A stretch of 64,000 nt of DNA, from positions 126,666,001 to 126,730,000 of the forward strand of contig OZ024744.1 in NCBI GenBank assembly GCA_964016885.1. The letters are read 5' to 3'. Position numbers and translations under genes: made by a program. Below are positions 1 to 15,000 of this stretch, in pieces (positions within the stretch are counted from its first letter, which is position 1; each line of letters opens with the position of its first letter). Below the pieces are notes generated by a model. The model made no database searches. It had not been told where the DNA came from and was given only the letters and a program-made list of their open reading frames with translations. Source of the stretch: Eledone cirrhosa. Lineage: Eukaryota.

Positions 1-3000
1 ACACTGTAAGGTGGTAGTGTAGGTGTCACGACAAAAAGCACCCAGTCCACACTGTAAAGTGGTCATGTAGGTGTCACGACAAAAAGCATCCAGTCCACAG
101 TGTAAGGTGGTAGTGTAGGTGTTACGACAAAAAGCACCCAGTCCAGACTGTAAAGTGGTCATGTAGGTGTCACGACAAAAAGCATCCAGTCCACACTGTA
201 AGGTGGTAGTGTAGGTGTCACGACAAAAAGCATCCAGTCCACACTGTAAGGTGGTAGTGTAGGTGTTACGACAAAAAGCACCCAGTCCACACTGTAAAGT
301 GGTCATGTAGGTGTCACGACAAAAAGCACTCAGTCCACACTGTAAAGTGCTAGTGTAGGTGTCACAAAAAAAGCATCCAGTCCACACTGTAAGGTGGTAG
401 TGTAGGTGTTACGACAAAAAGCACCCAGTCCACACTGTAAAGTGGTCATGTAGGTGTCACGACAAAAAGCACTCAGTCCACACTGTAAAGTGGTAGTGTA
501 GGTGTCACGACAAAAAGCACCTAGTCCACACTGTAAGGTGGTAGTGTAGGTGTCACGACAAAAAGCATCCAGTCCACACTGTAAGGTGGTCATGTAGGTG
601 TCACGACAAAAAGCACTCAGTCCACACTGTAAAGTGGTAGTGTAGGTGTCACGACAAAAAGCACTCAGTCCACACTGTAAAGTGGTAGTGTAGGTGTCAC
701 GAAAAAAAGCATCCAGTCCACACTGTAAGGTGGTAGTGTAGGTGTCACGACAAAAAGCATCCAGTCCACACTGTAAGGTGGTAGTGTAGGTGTCACGACA
801 AAAAGCACTCAGTCCACACTGTAAAGTGGTAGTGTAGGTGTCACGACAAAAAGCACCCAGTCCACACTGTAAGGTGGTAGTGTAGGTGTCACGACAAAAA
901 GCATCCAGTCCACACTGTAAAGTGGTAGTGTAGGTGTCACAACAAAAAGAACTCAGTCCACACTGTAAAGTGGTAGTGTAGGTGTCACGACAAAAAGCAC
1001 CCAGTCCACACTGTAAGGTGGTCATGTAGGTGTCACGACGAAAAGCATCCAGTCCACACTGTAAGGTGGTAGTGTAGGTGTCACGACAAAAAGCACTCAG
1101 TCCACACTGTAAAGTGGTAGTGTAGGTGTCACGACAAAAAGCATCCAGTCCACACTGTAAAGTGGTCATGTAGGTGTCACGACAAAAAGCACCCAGTCCA
1201 CACTGTAAGGTGGTAGTGTAGGTGTCACGACAAAAAGCATCCAGTCCACACTGTAAGGTGGTAGTGTAGGTGTCACGACAAAAAGCATCCAGTCCACACT
1301 GTAAAGTGGTCATGTAGGTGTCACGACAAAAAGCATCCAGTCCACACTGTAAAGTGGTCATGTAGGTGTCACGACAAAAAGCATCCAGTCCACACTGTAA
1401 AGTGGTCATGTAGGTGTCACGACAAAAAGCACCCAGTCCACACTGTAAGGTGGTAGTGTAGGTGTCACGACAAAAAGCACCCAGTCCACACTGTAAGGTG
1501 GTAGTGTAGGTGTCACGACAAAAAGCATCCAGTCCACACTGTAAGGTGGTTGTGTAGGTGTCACGACAAAAAGCACTCAGTCCACACTGTAAGGTGGTAG
1601 TGTAGGTGTCACGACAAAAAGCATCCAGTCCACACTGTAAGGTGGTAGTGTAGGTGTTACGACAAAAAGCACCCAGTCCACACTGTAAAGTGGTCATGTA
1701 GGTGTCACGACAAAAAGCACTCAGTCCACACTGTAAAGTGGTAGTGTAGGTGTCACAAAAAAAGCATCCAGTCCACACTGTAAGGTGGTAGTGTAGGTGT
1801 TACGACAAAAAGCACCCAGTCCACACTGTAAAGTGGTCATGTAGGTGTCACGACAAAAAGCACTCAGTCCACACTGTAAAGTGGTAGTGTAGGTGTCACG
1901 ACAAAAAGCACCTAGTCCACACTGTAAGGTGGTAGTGTAGGTGTCACGACAAAAAGCATCCAGTCCACACTGTAAGGTGGTCATGTAGGTGTCACGACAA
2001 AAAGCACTCAGTCCACACTGTAAAGTGGTAGTGTAGGTGTCACGACAAAAAGCACTCAGTCCACACTGTAAAGTGGTAGTGTAGGTGTCACGACAAAAAG
2101 CATCCAGTCCACACTGTAAGGTGGTAGTGTAGGTGTCACGACAAAAAGCATCCAGTCCACACTGTAAGGTGGTACTGTAGGTGTCACGACAAAAAGCACT
2201 CAGTCCACACTGTAAAGTGGTAGTGTAGGTGTCACGACAAAAAGCACCCAGTCCACACTGTAAAGTGGTAGTGTAGGTGTCACGACAAAAAGCACCCAGT
2301 CCACACTGTAAGGTGGTCATGTAGGTGTCACGACAAAAAGCATCCAGTCCACACTGTAAGGTGGTAGTGTAGGTGTCACGACAAAAAGAATCCAGTCCAC
2401 ACTGTAAGGTGGTAGTGTAGGTGTCACGACAAAAAGCATCCAGTCCACACTGTAAGGTGGTAGTGTAGGTGTCACAAAAAAGCACCCAGTCCACACTGTA
2501 AAGTGGTCATGTAGGTGTCACGACAAAAAGCACCCAGTCCACACTGTAAAGTGGTCATGTAGGTGTCACGACAAAAAGCATCCAGTCCACACTGTAAGGT
2601 GGTAGTGTAGGTGTCACGACAAAAAGCACCCAGTCCACACTGTAAAGTGGTCATGTAGGTGTCACGACAAAAAGCACCCAGTCCACACTGTAAGGTGGTA
2701 GTGTAGGTGTTACGACAAAAAGCACCCAGTCCACACTGTAAAGTGGTCATGTAGGTGTCACGACAAAAAGGAACCAGTCCACACTGTAAGGTGGTAGTGT
2801 AGGTGTCACAAAAAAAGCACTCGGTCCACACTGTAAAGTGGTCATGTAGGTGTCACGACAAAAAGCACCCAGTCCACACTGTAAAGTGGTCAAGTAGGTG
2901 TCACGACAAAAAGCATCCAGTCCACACTGTAAGGTGGTAGTGTAGGTGTCACAAAAAAAGCACTCAGTCCACACTGTAAAGTGGTCATGTAGGTGTCACG

Positions 3001-6000
3001 ACAAAAAGCACCCAGTCCACACTGTAAAGTGGTCATGTAGGTGTCACGACAAAAAGCATCCAGTCCACACTGTAAGGTGGTAGTGTAGGTGTCACGACAA
3101 AAAGCACCCAGTCCACACTGTAAAGTGGTCATGTAGGTGTCACGACAAAAAGCACCCAGTCCACACTGTAAGGTGGTAGTGTAGGTGTCACAAAAAAAGC
3201 ACCCAGTCCACACTGTAAAGTGGTCATGTAGGTGTCACGACAAAAAGCATCCAGTCCACACTGTAAGGTGGTAGTGTAGGTGTCACGACAAAAAGCACCC
3301 AGTCCACACTGTAAAGTGGTCATGTAGGTGTCACGACAAAAAGCACCCAGTCCACACTGTAAAGTGGTCATGTAGGTGTCACGACAAAAAGCACCCAGTC
3401 CACACTGTAAAGTGGTCATGTAGGTGTCACGACAAAAAGCATCCAGTCCACACTGTAAAGTGGTCATGTAGGTGTTACGACAAAAAGCACCCAGTCCACA
3501 CTGTAAAGTGGTCATGTAGGTGTCACGACAAAAAGCACCTAGTCCACACTGTAAGGTGGTAGTGTAGGTGTCACGACAAAAAGCATCCAGTCCACACTGT
3601 AAGGTGGTAGTGTAGGTGTCACGACAAAAAGCACTCAGTCCACAATGTAAGGTGGTAGTGTAGGTGTCACGACAAAAAGCACCCAGTCCACACTGTAAAG
3701 TGGTCATGTAGGTGTCACGACAAAAAGCATCCAGTCCACACTGTAAGGTGGTAGTGTAGGTGTTACGACAAAAAGCACCCAGTCCACACTGTAAAGTGGT
3801 CATGTAGGTGTCACGACAAAAAGCATCCAGTCCACACTGTAAGGTGGTAGTGTAGGTGTTACGACAAAAAGCACCCAGTCCACACTGTAAAGTGGTCATG
3901 TAGGTGTCACGACAAAAAGCACTCAGTCCACACTGTAAAGTGGTCATATAGGTGTCACGACAAAAAGCACTCAGTCCACACTGTAAAGTGGTCATGTAGG
4001 TGTCACGACAAAAAGCACTCAGTCCACACTGTAAAGTGGTAGTGTAGGTGTCACGACAAAAAGCACCTAGTCCACACTGTAAGGTGGTAGCGTAGGTGTC
4101 ACGACAAAAAGCATCCAGTCCACACTGTAAGGTGGTCATGTAGGTGTCACGACAAAAAGCACTCAGTCCACACTGTAAGGTGGTAGCGTAGGTGTCACGA
4201 CAAAAAGCATCCAGTCCACACTGTAAGGTGGTCATGTAGGTGTCACGACAAAAAGCACTCAGTCCACACTGTAAAGTGGTAGTGTAGGTGTCACGACAAA
4301 AAGCATCCAGTCCACACTGTAAGGTGGTAGTGTAGGTGTCACGTCAAAAAGCATCCAGTCCACACTGTAAAGTGGTAGTGTAGGTGTCACGACAAAAAGC
4401 ATCCAGTCCACACTGTAAAGTGGTCATGTAGGTGTCACGACAAAAAGCACCCAGTCCACACTGTAAGGTGGTAGTGTAGGTGTCACAAAAAAAGCACTCA
4501 GTCCACACTGTAAAGTGGTCATGTAGGTGTCACGACAAAAAGCATCCAGTCCACACTGTAAGATGGTAGTGTAGGTGTCACGACAAAAAGCACCCAGTCC
4601 ACACTGTAAAGTGGTCATGTAGGTGTCACGACAAAAAGCATCCAGTCCACACTGTAAGGTGGTAGTGTAGGTGTCACGACAAAAAGCACCCAGTCCACAC
4701 TGTAAAGTGGTCATGTAGGTGTCACGACAAAAAGCACCCAGTCCACACTGTAAAGTGGTCATGTAGGTGTCACGACAAAAAGCATCCAGTCCACACTGTA
4801 AGGTGGTAGTGTAGGTGTCACGACAAAAAGCACCCAGTCCACACTGTAAAGTGGTCATGTAGGTGTCACGACAAAAAGCATCCAGTCCACACTGTAAGGT
4901 GGTAGTGTAGGTGTCACGACAAAAAGCACCCAGTCCACACTGTAAAGTGGTCATGTAGGTGTCACGACAAAAAGCATCCAGTCCACACTGTAAGGTGGTA
5001 GTGTAGGTGTTACGACAAAAAGCACCCAGTCCACACTGTAAAGTGGTCATGTAGGTGTCACGACAAAAAGCACTCAGTCCACACTGTAAAGTGCTAGTGT
5101 AGGTGTCACAAAAAAAGCATCCAGTCCACACTGTAAGGTGGTAGTGTAGGTGTTACGACAAAAAGCACCCAGTCCACACTGTAAAGTGGTCATGTAGGTG
5201 TCACGACCAAAATAACTCAGTCCACACTGTAAAGTGGTAGTGTAGGTGTCACGACAAGAAGCACCTAGTCCACACTGTAAGGTGGTAGTGTAGGTGTCAC
5301 GACAAAAAGCATCCAGTCCACACTGTAAGGTGGTAGTGTAGGTGTCACGACAAAAAGCACTCAGTCCACACTGTAAAGTGGTAGTGTAGGTGTCACGACA
5401 AAAAGCACTCAGTCCACACTGTAAAGTGGTAGTGTAGGTGCCACGACAAAAAGCATCCAGTCCACACTGTAAGGTGGTAGTGTAGGTGTCACGTCAAAAA
5501 GCATCCAGTCCACACTGTAAAGTGGTCATGTAGGTGTCACGACAAAAAGCACCCAGTCCACACTGTAAGGTGGTAGTGTAGGTGTCACAAAAAAAGCACT
5601 CAGTCCACACTGTAAAGTGGTCATGTAGGTGTCACGACAAAAAGCATCCAGTCCACACTGTAAGATGGTAGTGTAGGTGTCACGACAAAAAGCACCCAGT
5701 CCACACTGTAAAGTGGTCATGTAGGTGTCACGACAAAAAGCATCCAGTCCACACTGTAAGGTGGTAGTGTAGGTGTCACGACAAAAGGCACCCAGTCCAC
5801 ACTGTAAAGTGGTCATGTAGGTGTCACGACAAAAAGCACCCAGTCCACACTGTAAAGTGGTCATGTAGGTGTCACGACAAAAAGCATCCAGTCCACACTG
5901 TAAGGTGGTAGTGTAGGTGTCACGACAAAAAGCACCCAGTCCACACTGTAAAGTGGTCATGTAGGTGTCACGACAAAAAGCATCCAGTCCACACTGTAAG

Positions 6001-9000
6001 GTGGTAGTGTAGGTGTCACGACAAAAAGCACCCAGTCCACACTGTAAAGTGGTCATGTAGGTGTCACGACAAAAAGCACCCAGTCCACACTGTAAGGTGG
6101 TAGTGTAGGTGTTACGACAAAAAGCACCCAGTCCACACTGTAAAGTGGTCATGTAGGTGTCACGACAAAAAGCATCCAGTCCACACTGTAAGGTGGTAGT
6201 GTATGTGTCACAAAAAAAGCACTCGGTCCACACTGTAAAGTGGTCATGTAGGTGTCACGACAAAAAGCACCCAGTCCACACTGTAAAGTGGTCATGTAGG
6301 TGTCACGACAAAAAGCATCCAGTCCACACTGTAAGGTGGTAGTGTAGGTGTCACAAAAAAAGCACTCAGTCCACACTGTAAAGTGGTCATGTAGGTGTCA
6401 CGACAAAAAGCACCCAGTCCACACTGTAAAGTGGTCATGTAGGTGTCACGACAAAAAGCATCCAGTCCACACTGTAAGGTGGTAGTGTAGGTGTCACGAC
6501 AAAAAGCACCCAGTCCACACTGTAAAGTGGTCATGTAGGTGTCACGACAAAAAGCACCCAGTCCACACTGTAAGGTGGTAGTGTAGGTGTCACAAAAAAA
6601 GCACCCAGTCCACACTGTAAAGTGGTCATGTAGGTGTCACGACAAAAAGCATCCAGTCCACACTGTAAGGTGGTAGTGTAGGTGTCACGACAAAAAGCAC
6701 CCAGTCCACACTGTAAAGTGGTCATGTAGGTGTCACGACAAAAAGCACCCAGTCCACACTGTAAAGTGGTCATCTAGGTGTCACGACAAAAAGCACCCAG
6801 TCCACACTGTAAAGTGGTCATGTAGGTGTCACGACAAAAAGCATCCAGTCCACACTGTAAAGTGGTCATGTAGGTGTTACGACAAAAAGCACCCAGTCCA
6901 CACTGTAAAGTGGTCATGTAGGTGTCACGACAAAAAGCACCCAGTCCACACTGTAAGGTGGTAGTGTAGGTGTCACAAAAAAAGCACCCAGTCCACACTG
7001 TAAAGTGGTCATGTAGGTGTCACGACAAAAAGCATCCAGTCCACACTGTAAGGTGGTAGTGTAGGTGTCACGACAAAAAGCACCCAGTCCACACTGTAAA
7101 GTGGTCATGTAGGTGTCACGACAAAAAGCACCCAGTCCACACTGTAAAGTGGTCATGTAGGTGTCACGACAAAAAGCACCCAGTCCACACTGTAAAGTGG
7201 TCATGTAGGTGTCACGACAAAAAGCATCCAGTCCACACTGTAAAGTGGTCATGTAGGTGTTACGACAAAAAGCACCCAGTCCACACTGTAAAGTGGTCAT
7301 GTAGGTGTCACGACAAAAAGCACCCAGTCCACACTGTAAGGTGGTAGTGTAGGTGTCACAAAAAAAGTACCCAGTCCACACTGTAAAGTGGTCATGTAGG
7401 TGTCACGACAAAAAGCATCCAGTCCACACTGTAAGGTGGTAGTGTAGGTGTCACGACAAAAAGCACCAAGTCCACACTGTAAAGTGGTCATGTAGGTGTC
7501 ACGACAAAAAGCACCCAGTCCACACTGTAAAGTGGTCATGTAGGTGTCACGACAAAAAGCACCCAGTCCACACTGTAAAGTGGTCATGTAGGTGTCACGA
7601 CAAAAAGCATCCAGTCCACACTGTAAAGTGGTCATGTAGGTGTTACGACAAAAAGCACCCAGTCCACACTGTAAAGTGGTCATGTAGGTGTCACGACAAA
7701 AAGCACCTAGTCCACACTGTAAGGTGGTAGTGTAGGTGTCACGACAAAAAGCATCCAGTCCACACTGTAAGGTGGTAGTGTAGGTGTCACGACAAAAAGC
7801 ACTCAGTCCACACTGTAAGGTGGTAGTGTAGGTGTCACGTCAAAAAGCATCCAGTCCACACTGTAAAGTGGTAGTGTAGGTGTCACGACAAAAAGCATCC
7901 AGTCCACACTGTAAAGTGGTCATGTAGGTGTCACGACAAAAAGCACCCAGTCCACACTGTAAGGTGGTAGTGTAGGTGTCACAAAAAAAGCACTCAGTCC
8001 ACACTGTAAAGTGGTCATGTAGGTGTCACGACAAAAAGCATCCAGTCCACACTGTAAGATGGTAGTGTAGGTGTCACGACAAAAAGCACCCAGTCCACAC
8101 TGTAAAGTGGTCATGTAGGTGTCACGACAAAAAGCATCCAGTCCACACTGTAAGGTGGTAGTGTAGGTGTCACGACAAAAAGCACCCAGTCCACACTGTA
8201 AAGTGGTCATGTAGGTGTCACGACAAAAAGCACCCAGTCCACACTGTAAAGTGGTCATGTAGGTGTCACGACAAAAAGCATCCAGTCCACACTGTAAGGT
8301 GGTAGTGTAGGTGTCACGACAAAAAGCACCCAGTCCACACTGTAAAGTGGTCATGTAGGTGTCACGACAAAAAGCATCCAGTCCACACTGTAAGGTGGTA
8401 GTGTAGGTGTCACGACAAAAAGCACCCAGTCCACACTGTAAAGTGGTCATGTAGGTGTCACGACAAAAAGCACCCAGTCCACACTGTAAGGTGGTAGTGT
8501 AGGTGTTACGACAAAAAGCACCCAGTCCACACTCTAAAGTGGTCATGTAGGTGTCACGACAAAAAGCATCCAGTCCACACTGTAAGGTGGTAGTGTATGT
8601 GTCACAAAAAAAGCACTCGGTCCACACTGTAAAGTGGTCATGTAGGTGTCACGACAAAAAGCACCCAGTCCACACTGTAAAGTGGTCATGTAGGTGTCAC
8701 GACAAAAAGCATCCAGTCCACACTGTAAGGTGGTAGTGTAGGTGTCACAAAAAAAGCACTCAGTCCACACTGTAAAGTGGTCATGTAGGTGTCACGACAA
8801 AAAGCACCCAGTCCACACTGTAAAGTGGTCATGTAGGTGTCACGACAAAAAGCATCCAGTCCACACTGTAAGGTGGTAGTGTAGGTGTCACGACAAAAAG
8901 CACCCAGTCCACACTGTAAAGTGGTCATGTAGGTGTCACGACAAAAAGCACCCAGTCCACACTGTAAGGTGGTAGTGTAGGTGTCACAAAAAAAGCACCC

Positions 9001-12000
9001 AGTCCACACTGTAAAGTGGTCATGTAGGTGTCACGACAAAAAGCATCCAGTCCACACTGTAAGGTGGTAGTGTAGGTGTCACGACAAAAAGCACCCAGTC
9101 CACACTGTAAAGTGGTCATGTAGGTGTCACGACAAAAAGCACCCAGTCCACACTGTAAAGTGGTCATCTAGGTGTCACGACAAAAAGCACCCAGTCCACA
9201 CTGTAAAGTGGTCATGTAGGTGTCACGACAAAAAGCATCCAGTCCACACTGTAAAGTGGTCATGTAGGTGTTACGACAAAAAGCACCCAGTCCACACTGT
9301 AAAGTGGTCATGTAGGTGTCACGACAAAAAGCACCCAGTCCACACTGTAAGGTGGTAGTGTAGGTGTCACAAAAAAAGCACCCAGTCCACACTGTAAAGT
9401 GGTCATGTAGGTGTCACGACAAAAAGCATCCAGTCCACACTGTAAGGTGGTAGTGTAGGTGTCACGACAAAAAGCACCCAGTCCACACTGTAAAGTGGTC
9501 ATGTAGGTGTCACGACAAAAAGCACCCAGTCCACACTGTAAAGTGGTCATGTAGGTGTCACGACAAAAAGCACCCAGTCCACACTGTAAAGTGGTCATGT
9601 AGGTGTCACGACAAAAAGCATCCAGTCCACACTGTAAAGTGGTCATGTAGGTGTTACGACAAAAAGCACCCAGTCCACACTGTAAAGTGGTCATGTAGGT
9701 GTCACGACAAAAAGCACCCAGTCCACACTGTAAGGTGGTAGTGTAGGTGTCACAAAAAAAGTACCCAGTCCACACTGTAAAGTGGTCATGTAGGTGTCAC
9801 GACAAAAAGCATCCAGTCCACACTGTAAGGTGGTAGTGTAGGTGTCACGACAAAAAGCACCAAGTCCACACTGTAAAGTGGTCATGTAGGTGTCACGACA
9901 AAAAGCACCCAGTCCACACTGTAAAGTGGTCATGTAGGTGTCACGACAAAAAGCACCCAGTCCACACTGTAAAGTGGTCATGTAGGTGTCACGACAAAAA
10001 GCATCCAGTCCACACTGTAAAGTGGTCATGTAGGTGTTACGACAAAAAGCACCCAGTCCACACTGTAAAGTGGTCATGTAGGTGTCACGACAAAAAGCAC
10101 CTAGTCCACACTGTAAGGTGGTAGTGTAGGTGTCACGACAAAAAGCACTCAGTCCACACTGTAAGGTGGTAGTGTAGGTGTCACGTCAAAAAGCATCCAG
10201 TCCACACTGTAAAGTGGTCATGTAGGTGTCACGACAAAAAGCATCCAGTCCACACTGTAAAGTGGTCATGTAGGTGTCACGACAAAAAGCACCCAGTCCA
10301 CACTGTAAGGTGGTAGTGTAGGTGTCACAAAAAAAGCACTCAGTCCACACTGTAAAGTGGTCATGTAGGTGTCACGACAAAAAGCATCCAGTCCACACTG
10401 TAAGATGGTAGTGTAGGTGTCACGACAAAAAGCACCCAGTCCACACTGTAAAGTGGTCATGTAGGTGTCACGACAAAAAGCATCCAGTCCACACTGTAAG
10501 GTGGTAGTGTAGGTGTCACGACAAAAAGCACCCAGTCCACACTGTGAAGTGGTCATGTAGGTGTCACGACAAAAAGCACCCAGTCCACACTGTAAAGTGG
10601 TCATGTAGGTGTCACGACAAAAAGCATCCAGTCCACACTGTAAGGTGGTAGTGTAGGTGTCACGACAAAAAGCACCCAGTCCACACTGTAAAGTGGTCAT
10701 GTAGGTGTCACGACAAAAAGCATCCAGTCCACACTGTAAGGTGGTAGTGTAGGTGTCACGACAAAAAGCACCCAGTCCACACTGTAAAGTGGTCATGTAG
10801 GTGTCACGACAAAAAGCACCCAGTCCACACTGTAAGGTGGTAGTGTAGGTGTTACGACAAAAAGCACCCAGTCCACACTCTAAAGTGGTCATGTAGGTGT
10901 CACGACAAAAAGCATCCAGTCCACACTGTAAGGTGGTAGTGTATGTGTCACAAAAAAAGCACTCGGTCCACACTGTAAAGTGGTCATGTAGGTGTCACGA
11001 CAAAAAGCACCCAGTCCACACTGTAAAGTGGTCATGTAGGTGTCACGACAAAAAGCATCCAGTCCACACTGTAAGGTGGTAGTGTAGGTGTCACAAAAAA
11101 AGCACTCAGTCCACACTGTAAAGTGGTCATGTAGGTGTCACGACAAAAAGCACCCAGTCCACACTGTAAAGTGGTCATGTAGGTGTCACGACAAAAAGCA
11201 TCCAGTCCACACTGTAAGGTGGTAGTGTAGGTGTCACGACAAAAAGCACCCAGTCCACACTGTAAAGTGGTCATGTAGGTGTCACGACAAAAAGCACCCA
11301 GTCCACACTGTAAGGTGGTAGTGTAGGTGTCACAAAAAAAGCACCCAGTCCACACTGTAAAGTGGTCATGTAGGTGTCACGACAAAAAGCATCCAGTCCA
11401 CACTGTAAAGTGGTCATGTAGGTGTCACGACAAAAAGCATCCAGTCCACACTGTAAAGTGGTCATGTAGGTGTCACGACAAAAAGCACCCAGTCCACACT
11501 GTAAAGTGGTCATGTAGGTGTCACGACAAAAAGCATCCAGTCCACACTGTAAAGTGGTCATGTAGGTGTCACGACAAAAAGCATCCAGTCCACACTGTAA
11601 GGTGGTAGTGTAGGTGTTACGACAAAAAGCACCCAGTCCACACTGTAAAGTGGTCATGTAGGTGTCACGACAAAAAGCATCCAGTCCACACTGTAAGGTG
11701 GTAGTGTAGGTGTCACGACAAAAAGCACCCAGTCCACACTGTAAAGTGGTCATGTAGGTGTCACGACAAAAAGCACCCAGTCCACACTGTAAGGTGGTAG
11801 TGTAGGTGTCACAAAATAAGCACCCAGTCCACACTGTAAAGTGGTCATGTAGGTGTCACGACAAAAAGCATCCAGTCCACACTGTAAGGTGGTAGTGTAG
11901 GTGTCACGACAAAAAGCACCCAGTCCACACTGTAAAGTGGTCATGTAGGTGTCACGACAAAAAGCACCCAGTCCACACTGTAAAGTGGTCATGTAGGTGT

Positions 12001-15000
12001 CACGACAAAAAGCACCCAGTCCACACTGTAAAGTGGTCATGTAGGTGTCACGACAAAAAGCATCCAGTCCACACTGTAAAGTGGTCATGTAGGTGTTACG
12101 ACAAAAAGCACCCAGTCCACACTGTAAAGTGGTCATGTAGGTGTCACGACAAAAAGCACCCAGTCCACACTGTAAGGTGGTAGTGTAGGTGTCACAAAAA
12201 AAGCACCCAGTCCACACTGTAAAGTGGTCATGTAGGTGTCACGACAAAAAGCATCCAGTCCACACTGTAAGGTGGTAGTGTAGGTGTCACGACAAAAAGC
12301 ACCCAGTCCACACTGTAAAGTGGTCATGTAGGTGTCACGACAAAAAGCACCCAGTCCACACTGTAAAGTGGTCATGTAGGTGTCACGACAAAAAGCACCC
12401 AGTCCACACTGTAAAGTGGTCATGTAGGTGTCACGACAAAAAGCATCCAGTCCACACTGTAAAGTGGTCATGTAGGTGTTACGACAAAAAGCACCCAGTC
12501 CACACTGTAAAGTGGTCATGTAGGTGTCACGACAAAAAGCACCCAGTCCACACTGTAAGGTGGTAGTGTAGGTGTCACAAAAAAAGTACCCAGTCCACAC
12601 TGTAAAGTGGTCATGTAGGTGTCACGACAAAAAGCATCCAGTCCACACTGTAAGGTGGTAGTGTAGGTGTCACGACAAAAAGCACCAAGTCCACACTGTA
12701 AAGTGGTCATGTAGGTGTCACGACAAAAAGCACCCAGTCCACACTGTAAAGTGGTCATGTAGGTGTCACGACAAAAAGCACCCAGTCCACACTGTAAAGT
12801 GGTCATGTAGGTGTCACGACAAAAAGCATCCAGTCCACACTGTAAAGTGGTCATGTAGGTGTTACGACAAAAAGCACCCAGTCGACACTGTAAAGTGGTC
12901 ATGTAGGTGTCACGACAAAAAGCACCTAGTCCACACTGTAAGGTGGTAGTGTAGGTGTCACGACAAAAAGCATCCAGTCCACACTGTAAGGTGGTAGTGT
13001 AGGTGTCACGACAAAAAGCACTCAGTCCACACTGTAAGGTGGTAGTGTAGGTGTCACGTCAAAAAGCATCCAGTCCACACTGTAAAGTGGTAGTGTAGGT
13101 GTCACGACAAAAAGCATCCAGTCCACACTGTAAAGTGGTCATGTAGGTGTCACGACAAAAAGCACCCAGTCCACACTGTAAGGTGGTAGTGTAGGTGTCA
13201 CAAAAAAAGCACTCAGTCCACACTGTAAAGTGGTCATGTAGGTGTCACGACAAAAAGCATCCAGTCCACACTGTAAGATGGTAGTGTAGGTGTCACGACA
13301 AAAAGCACCCAGTCCACACTGTAAAGTGGTCATGTAGGTGTCACGACAAAAAGCATCCAGTCCACACTGTAAGGTGGTAGTGTATGTGTCACAAAAAAAG
13401 CACTCGGTCCACACTGTAAAGTGGTCATGTAGGTGTCACGACAAAAAGCACCCAGTCCACACTGTAAAGTGGTCATGTAGGTGTCACGACAAAAAGCATC
13501 CAGTCCACACTGTAAGGTGGTAGTGTAGGTGTCACAAAAAAAGCACTCAGTCCACACTGTAAAGTGGTCATGTAGGTGTCACGACAAAAAGCACCCAGTC
13601 CACACTGTAAAGTGGTCATGTAGGTGTCACGACAAAAAGCATCCAGTCCACACTGTAAGGTGGTAGTGTAGGTGTCACGACAAAAAGCACCCAGTCCACA
13701 CTGTAAAGTGGTCATGTAGGTGTCACGACAAAAAGCACCCAGTCCACACTGTAAGGTGGTAGTGTAGGTGTCACAAAAAAAGCACCCAGTCCACACTGTA
13801 AAGTGGTCATGTAGGTGTCACGACAAAAAGCATCCAGTCCACACTGTAAAGTGGTCATGTAGGTGTCACGACAAAAAGCATCCAGTCCACACTGTAAAGT
13901 GGTCATGTAGGTGTCACGACAAAAAGCACCCAGTCCACACTGTAAAGTGGTCATGTAGGTGTCACGACAAAAAGCATCCAGTCCACACTGTAAAGTGGTC
14001 ATGTAGGTGTCACGACAAAAAGCATCCAGTCCACACTGTAAGGTGGTAGTGTAGGTGTTACGACAAAAAGCACCCAGTCCACACTGTAAAGTGGTCATGT
14101 AGGTGTCACGACAAAAAGCATCCAGTCCACACTGTAAGGTGGTAGTGTAGGTGTCACGACAAAAAGCACCCAGTCCACACTGTAAAGTGGTCATGTAGGT
14201 GTCACGACAAAAAGCACCCAGTCCACACTGTAAGGTGGTAGTGTAGGTGTCACAAAATAAGCACCCAGTCCACACTGTAAAGTGGTCATGTAGGTGTCAC
14301 GACAAAAAGCATCCAGTCCACACTGTAAGGTGGTAGTGTAGGTGTCACGACAAAAAGCACCCAGTCCACACTGTAAAGTGGTCATGTAGGTGTCACGACA
14401 AAAAGCACCCAGTCCACACTGTAAAGTGGTCATGTAGGTGTCACGACAAAAAGCACCCAGTCCACACTGTAAAGTGGTCATGTAGGTGTCACGACAAAAA
14501 GCATCCAGTCCACACTGTAAAGTGGTCATGTAGGTGTTACGACAAAAAGCACCCAGTCCACACTGTAAAGTGGTCATGTAGGTGTCACGACAAAAAGCAC
14601 CCAGTCCACACTGTAAGGTGGTAGTGTAGGTGTCACAAAAAAAGCACCCAGTCCACACTGTAAAGTGGTCATGTAGGTGTCACGACAAAAAGCATCCAGT
14701 CCACACTGTAAGGTGGTAGTGTAGGTGTCACGACAAAAAGCACCCAGTCCACACTGTAAAGTGGTCATGTAGGTGTCACGACAAAAAGCACCCAGTCCAC
14801 ACTGTAAAGTGGTCATGTAGGTGTCACGACAAAAAGCACCCAGTCCACACTGTAAAGTGGTCATGTAGGTGTCACGACAAAAAGCATCCAGTCCACACTG
14901 TAAAGTGGTCATGTAGGTGTTACGACAAAAAGCACCCAGTCCACACTGTAAAGTGGTCATGTAGGTGTCACGACAAAAAGCACCCAGTCCACACTGTAAG